A stretch of 64,000 bases of DNA from Lama guanicoe (Eukaryota). The stretch is from assembly GCA_013239625.1 (NCBI GenBank), contig MU054212.1, positions 8,189,412-8,253,411 on the forward strand, read 5' to 3'. A program made the position numbers and the translations under genes. The notes below the pieces were generated by a model. The model searched no databases and was not told the DNA's origin. It saw only the letters and a list, made by a program, of their open reading frames with translations. Shown piece by piece: positions 59,880 through 64,000 of this stretch. Position 1 is the stretch's first letter. Each line of letters starts with the position of its first letter.

Positions 59880-61020
59880 ACTGCTCTTCCTTCGACCTCA
59901 CTCGTGACTCCTTCTCAGTCTTTTTTTTTTTTTCTGGTTTCTCCTCTTAACGTTAGAAGGTCCCAGGGCTCAGTCTTAGATGTTTTTTCTATCATCACTC
60001 ACATCCTGGGAGAGCTCATCCAATCTGTAGGTTCCAGTGACTCTCAAATTTACATTTTCCGCTCAAACCTCTCTGCTGAACTCCAGACTTACATACACCA
60101 CTGCCCATTCCCTATCTCCCACTGGACGTCCAATAGACAGCTCAAACTTACATGTCCCAAACTGAAGCCCAGTTTCTCCCTGCCCCATCCCACAAGCATC
60201 CTGCCCCTACAAGGCCTCCTGCTCTCAGCTAATGGCAACTCCATCCTTCTAGTTGCTCAAGTCTTAGTGTCACATTTGACTCTCCCCACATTCAATCTGT
60301 CAGAAAGTCCTACTGGCTGTAAGAAAGCCATCAAGAAAAGTGTATCGAGAATCTAGTCCCCTTCCTCATCGCTTTCACGGCTCCTACCATGATCCAGGCC
60401 TCGTTATTTCTTACCAGGGTTACCTACTGGCCTCCTAAATGGTCTCTCTGCCTCTAACCTTCCCTCTGAGGAGACCCTTCTTAAACGTCAGCCATATCAT
60501 TCCGCTCCTCTGCTTCAACTCTGCAGTGACTCACCGTCTCACTCAGATAAAAACTAACGTCCTCACAAAGCGCTGGTTTCCTTCTTGTGCCCCTTGTCAG
60601 CCTGCTCCAATCATAATGGCCCCTGGCTGCTCCTGAAACATCTCAGGCACGTTCCTCCCTTAGGTCCTTGGCGCTGGTGCCCGTTTCTTTCTAGAATGCT
60701 CCTCCCTCAGACAGCCACGTGGCGCCCTCAACTTCTTCAGGTCTTTGCTCAGCTGTTCCCTTCTCAGTGAGCCCTGCCCTGAACGCCTGTTTAAAACTGC
60801 AACCACCTCCTTCCTGTACTCCCAATCCTCTTTCCCCCACCAGACGTTTTTTCTTTCTCTTGAGTATTTATCACCTTCTAATATGTATTTATTGTCTGTT
60901 TCTTCCCACCACACACACACACACCAAGAATATAAGCTCCATGAGGGCAGTGATTTTTATTTTTTGTTCACTGAGCTATCCCAAGGGCCTAGAACGCAGA
61001 CACACAGGGTGAATATTTAC
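59880..61020 (+). mobile_element. L2a-like LINE, ~1.1 kb 3' region
   Basis: cccagggctcagtcttag (RT region), cctctctgctgaactccagact, ctcaaacttacatgtcccaaactgaa, gaatataagctccatgagggcag, cccaagggcctagaac. ORF 59844..60356 is a remnant of it. Confidence 0.85.
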
Positions 61021-61475
61021 TAAGGTCCACACCACCACCAACTTGCCCATTCTGTTCTCTGAAGTTTTATTTCTGCCATGTTTCCCTTTTTAGATGGAGC
61101 TTCCTCAGCCTCTCTAGCAATTTAAATACTTTTTTCCTCGCTTCAAGGCACCAACTTAAATCCTCCTCCTCTGAAATCTTTTCTACATTAACTCTGCTCT
61201 ATTGGCTACGGAGTTTTATACACTTAGTCAACAAAAAAATTCGCATTAGCACCTTTGCCAACTCTGTCAATTTTAAGTCATACGCACACATGACTGAACT
61301 CTCAGTTCTTTCTCTTACAATAAATTTTCTAAGAACTGTAGCCCCTGGAATTTGGGAATGTCTCATGCCTTTAAGAGATGCATCTGACGCAGACAAAGAA
61401 AGATTAAAGTTTCTTGGTCATAGGGTGAATACTGAAAAGTTCAGGAGCCTTCTTTGGTGAGAAACCCAAACCCAT

Positions 61476-61928
61476 TATTATGGGTTGAATCGTGTCCCCC
61501 AAGAAAGCTATGTCAAAGTCCTAACCCTCAAACCTCAGAATGTGACCTTTTTTAGAAACAGAGTCTCTCCAGGGGTAATCAAATTAAAATGAGGCCATTA
61601 AGGTGGGCCCTAATCCAACATGAACGGTGCCCTTATAAAAGGGGGAAATCTAGACACAAACAAACACAGAGGGAAAATGTTGTGAAGACACTGGGAAACC
61701 CCCTCGTGAAGACAGAGGACTGGAGTGATGGGTAAGCCAAGGAAAGCCTGAGGTCCCAGAAGTTAGGGGATAGGCCTGGAACAAATCTTTCCCTAGCGCC
61801 TTCAGAGGGAACATGATCCTGCCAACACTCTGAGTTTTGTCCTCCAGAACCGTGAGGCAACGAATTCTGTTGGTTTAAGCCACCCAGTTTGTGGTACGTC
61901 ATTACAGCAGCCCTAAGAAACCAGTGCA
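61476..61928 (+). mobile_element. MaLR solo LTR (MLT1C-like), 453 bp, intact 5-bp TSD
   Basis: tattatgggttgaatcgtgtccccc...gtgggccctaatccaa...ttaagccacccagtttgtggtac...cagcagccctaagaaaccagtgca. TSD CCCAT at 61471-61475 and 61929-61933. Confidence 0.9.
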
Positions 61929-62839
61929 CCCATTACCTGGGTGCAGTAAACTGAGCTGAGACATGGTGAGATACCCACATTGTCAAATTTTTTAGGTTGC
62001 AACCATTTGCCCTGAAACTGAAGTTTTTAAACTGATTGTCTTGATTTTAAAAAGTGACTTTGTCATCATCACTTTAAAATCGTTTCACTGATAAGATACT
62101 TAATTAGGAGTAAGGGAACTGTCTCTCTACTCTAGTGTCAAAAAGATGCTCTCTTGTGAGGACAAGGGAGGATCACGCACTGGCCCTATAATTTCTACAG
62201 GCAAGCTGGCCTATGAAGCCGGAACTATTAATTGGCAATTATATGTCTGAATTAGGTCTACACGGGGAGAAAAACAATTTGGAAAACCATTAAAACTGTA
62301 TAACTAAATTCAACCTCACTGGTTCAGATTTTAGAAAAATGTCTGGTTTGAGTTACCTGGACCAACTGTCTACAGTGCCTTGCTTTCTGGCTCAATACAC
62401 AATTAACGCTTTTAGGTTCCAAACCATATTCTAAAATGGAAAAAAATAAGAGCCACTGTTTTAAAGTTCATACTTCAAGTGTAAACTCAGCTCAATTCCC
62501 ATGCAGACCGAGAGACTCGGGTTATCAGACCTTTCCGAGGTGTGAGGGCGAGAACAGAGCCCACTGTCACAAGAGCCTGAAAAACTTTGAACTGTTTTCC
62601 CCTCCTCTGCCTTCAGATCAGATGCCATCTGCCCAGCCTCATTTCTTCCTTGAGCTAAATGTCAAGAACTCACTTTTTCCATCGCTGCAATGCTCGCAGG
62701 TTTAGAAAGAGAATAGTTGAAGTGTAAACATTCCTGTCAGTTACTGGACATTTTCCAGTAAACGAAGAATCACCGTTAGCAAATCAGACCCAAGGGAGTT
62801 ACTGATGCTGCACATCACAGTGACACTCCCAGCGTCCAT

Positions 62840-63020
62840 TAAGCAGGTTTACCAAGTGCCAGACGTGTTCTATACTTTATCTCTAATTGTCACAAAAATT
62901 AGTCAAGGAGGATGTCGTCTCTACTTTTCTCAGAGGAAATGAAGTTCAAAGAGGAGCTAAGTGGCAGAATTAGGGTTTAACCCAGGTCCTCCCAGCTGCA
63001 AACTCAGCCCCTGAACCAGA
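62840..63020 (-). mobile_element. MIR SINE
   Basis: gtgccagacgtgttcta...cagaggaaatgaagttcaaagaggagctaagtggcagaattagggtttaacccaggtc. Confidence 0.65.
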
Positions 63021-63269
63021 CTCATTACAAAGAGCCAGTTCCCATTACTTTCCAGAACTTGAATTCCATTCGTGTTCATTTTCAGAGTGACCCTCATAGA
63101 CAGGGACTGCTGTGACCCCCTTGTCACATCTGAGTGGACCGGCACTCAGGAGGGTTAAGTGACCTGCCCACTAGCCTACAGCCAGATTCAAATTGCAAAG
63201 CCTTTCCTCCCAAAAAACCCAAAAGACTTCCCTGCATGGAGTGCTGTCCTAAACCATGTATAACCATCA

Positions 63270-63430
63270 TGAAACACCCTAAAGGCACAGGGGTGTTATC
63301 CTCACTTTCCATAGGAGGAAGGTGACGTTCAGACAGGTCGCCTGACTGTTCATGTCACAAAGGTATCCAGCAGCAGAGCCAGGATTCAAAGCCAGGTCTG
63401 AGGATTCCAAGCCCACGCTCCAGGCCACCT
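63270..63430 (-). mobile_element. MIR SINE
   Basis: ttatcctcactttccataggaggaagg...gcagagccaggattcaaagccaggtctg...ccaagccc. Confidence 0.65.
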
Positions 63431-64000
63431 TTCCCAGGTCCTTTTAGTCCGTCAGTCAGTGCCACTGAAACTCTAGGCTAACTTTCACAGGCTTATCATC
63501 ACGAAGACAGCACCTCGGATAGAAGTAAAACAACCTGACGGCACAGTGAAGGAGAAAATACACGTGAGGTGGAGTTGCAGCAGCCAAGTTTGCCTGGTCA
63601 GCGCACAGGGCAGCAAGCATTCTCTTTTTCCCAATGACACTCTTTGACATATAAATGGAAATCAAGAAATGTACATAAATGGAAACGCCAGCAGGAGGAG
63701 GGAAGTAAGAGTACCTTGCCAGGAATGAGCTAGGTATTAAGTGAGAAGGGGAAAAATAGGGAATTTCGATGTGTTTTATTCATTTTGCTTCATTTCAAAG
63801 GCTCCTCCTGGCCTCTTCTCTGCCCCTGCTTTCAGAGATAATGTTCTCCCGCCTCTAACCAAAACGTTGGTTCGGCAGGAATGAAGAGGGGGCTCCTTCT
63901 GACTGCCGGCTATTTCCCCATGGTTCCCTTGGATCAGAACCTGGGGTCCCTTTGCCAAAAAGGCAACGGCACAGATAAGTTTACAAAACCATATCACTTC

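Noticed and set aside
59844..60356. 170-aa ORF as a new gene
   Set aside because: Lies within the L2 element and is a decayed L2 ORF2 remnant.
1..64000. A novel multi-gene system, CRISPR-like array or foreign island
   Set aside because: All recognisable coding sequence belongs to MAPRE2. There is no operon-like ORF cluster, no repeat-spacer array, and no long unexplained ORF (longest is 200 aa).

Overview
Mammalian genomic DNA, most likely a camelid (alpaca/camel): it carries two tRNA-Ala-derived SINEs resembling Vic-1 and young L1 3' ends of camelid type (species call is an inference from memory of these repeats). The window holds the 3' part of MAPRE2 (EB2, microtubule plus-end binding protein) on the + strand. 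Five coding exons (10924-11069, 13595-13808, 35802-35941, 40036-40194, 46962-47036) have canonical AG/GT ends and join in frame. They encode the rest of the CH domain, the Ser/Pro linker, the EBH coiled coil and the EEY tail. A ~2.9 kb 3'UTR ends near AATAAA at 49915; the 5' exons lie upstream of the window. The rest is intron and downstream intergenic DNA with L1, L2, MIR, MaLR/ERVL LTRs, DNA transposon relics and microsatellites. Repeat boundaries and subfamily names were assigned by eye and are approximate unless a TSD is given. I find no support for a new biological system here. The best leads are modest: intronic RFX X-box clusters, a recursive-splice-like exon junction, an in-frame alternative acceptor beside a perfect 35-bp (CAG)6 duplication, a candidate poison exon, and a young L1 with a perfect TSD.
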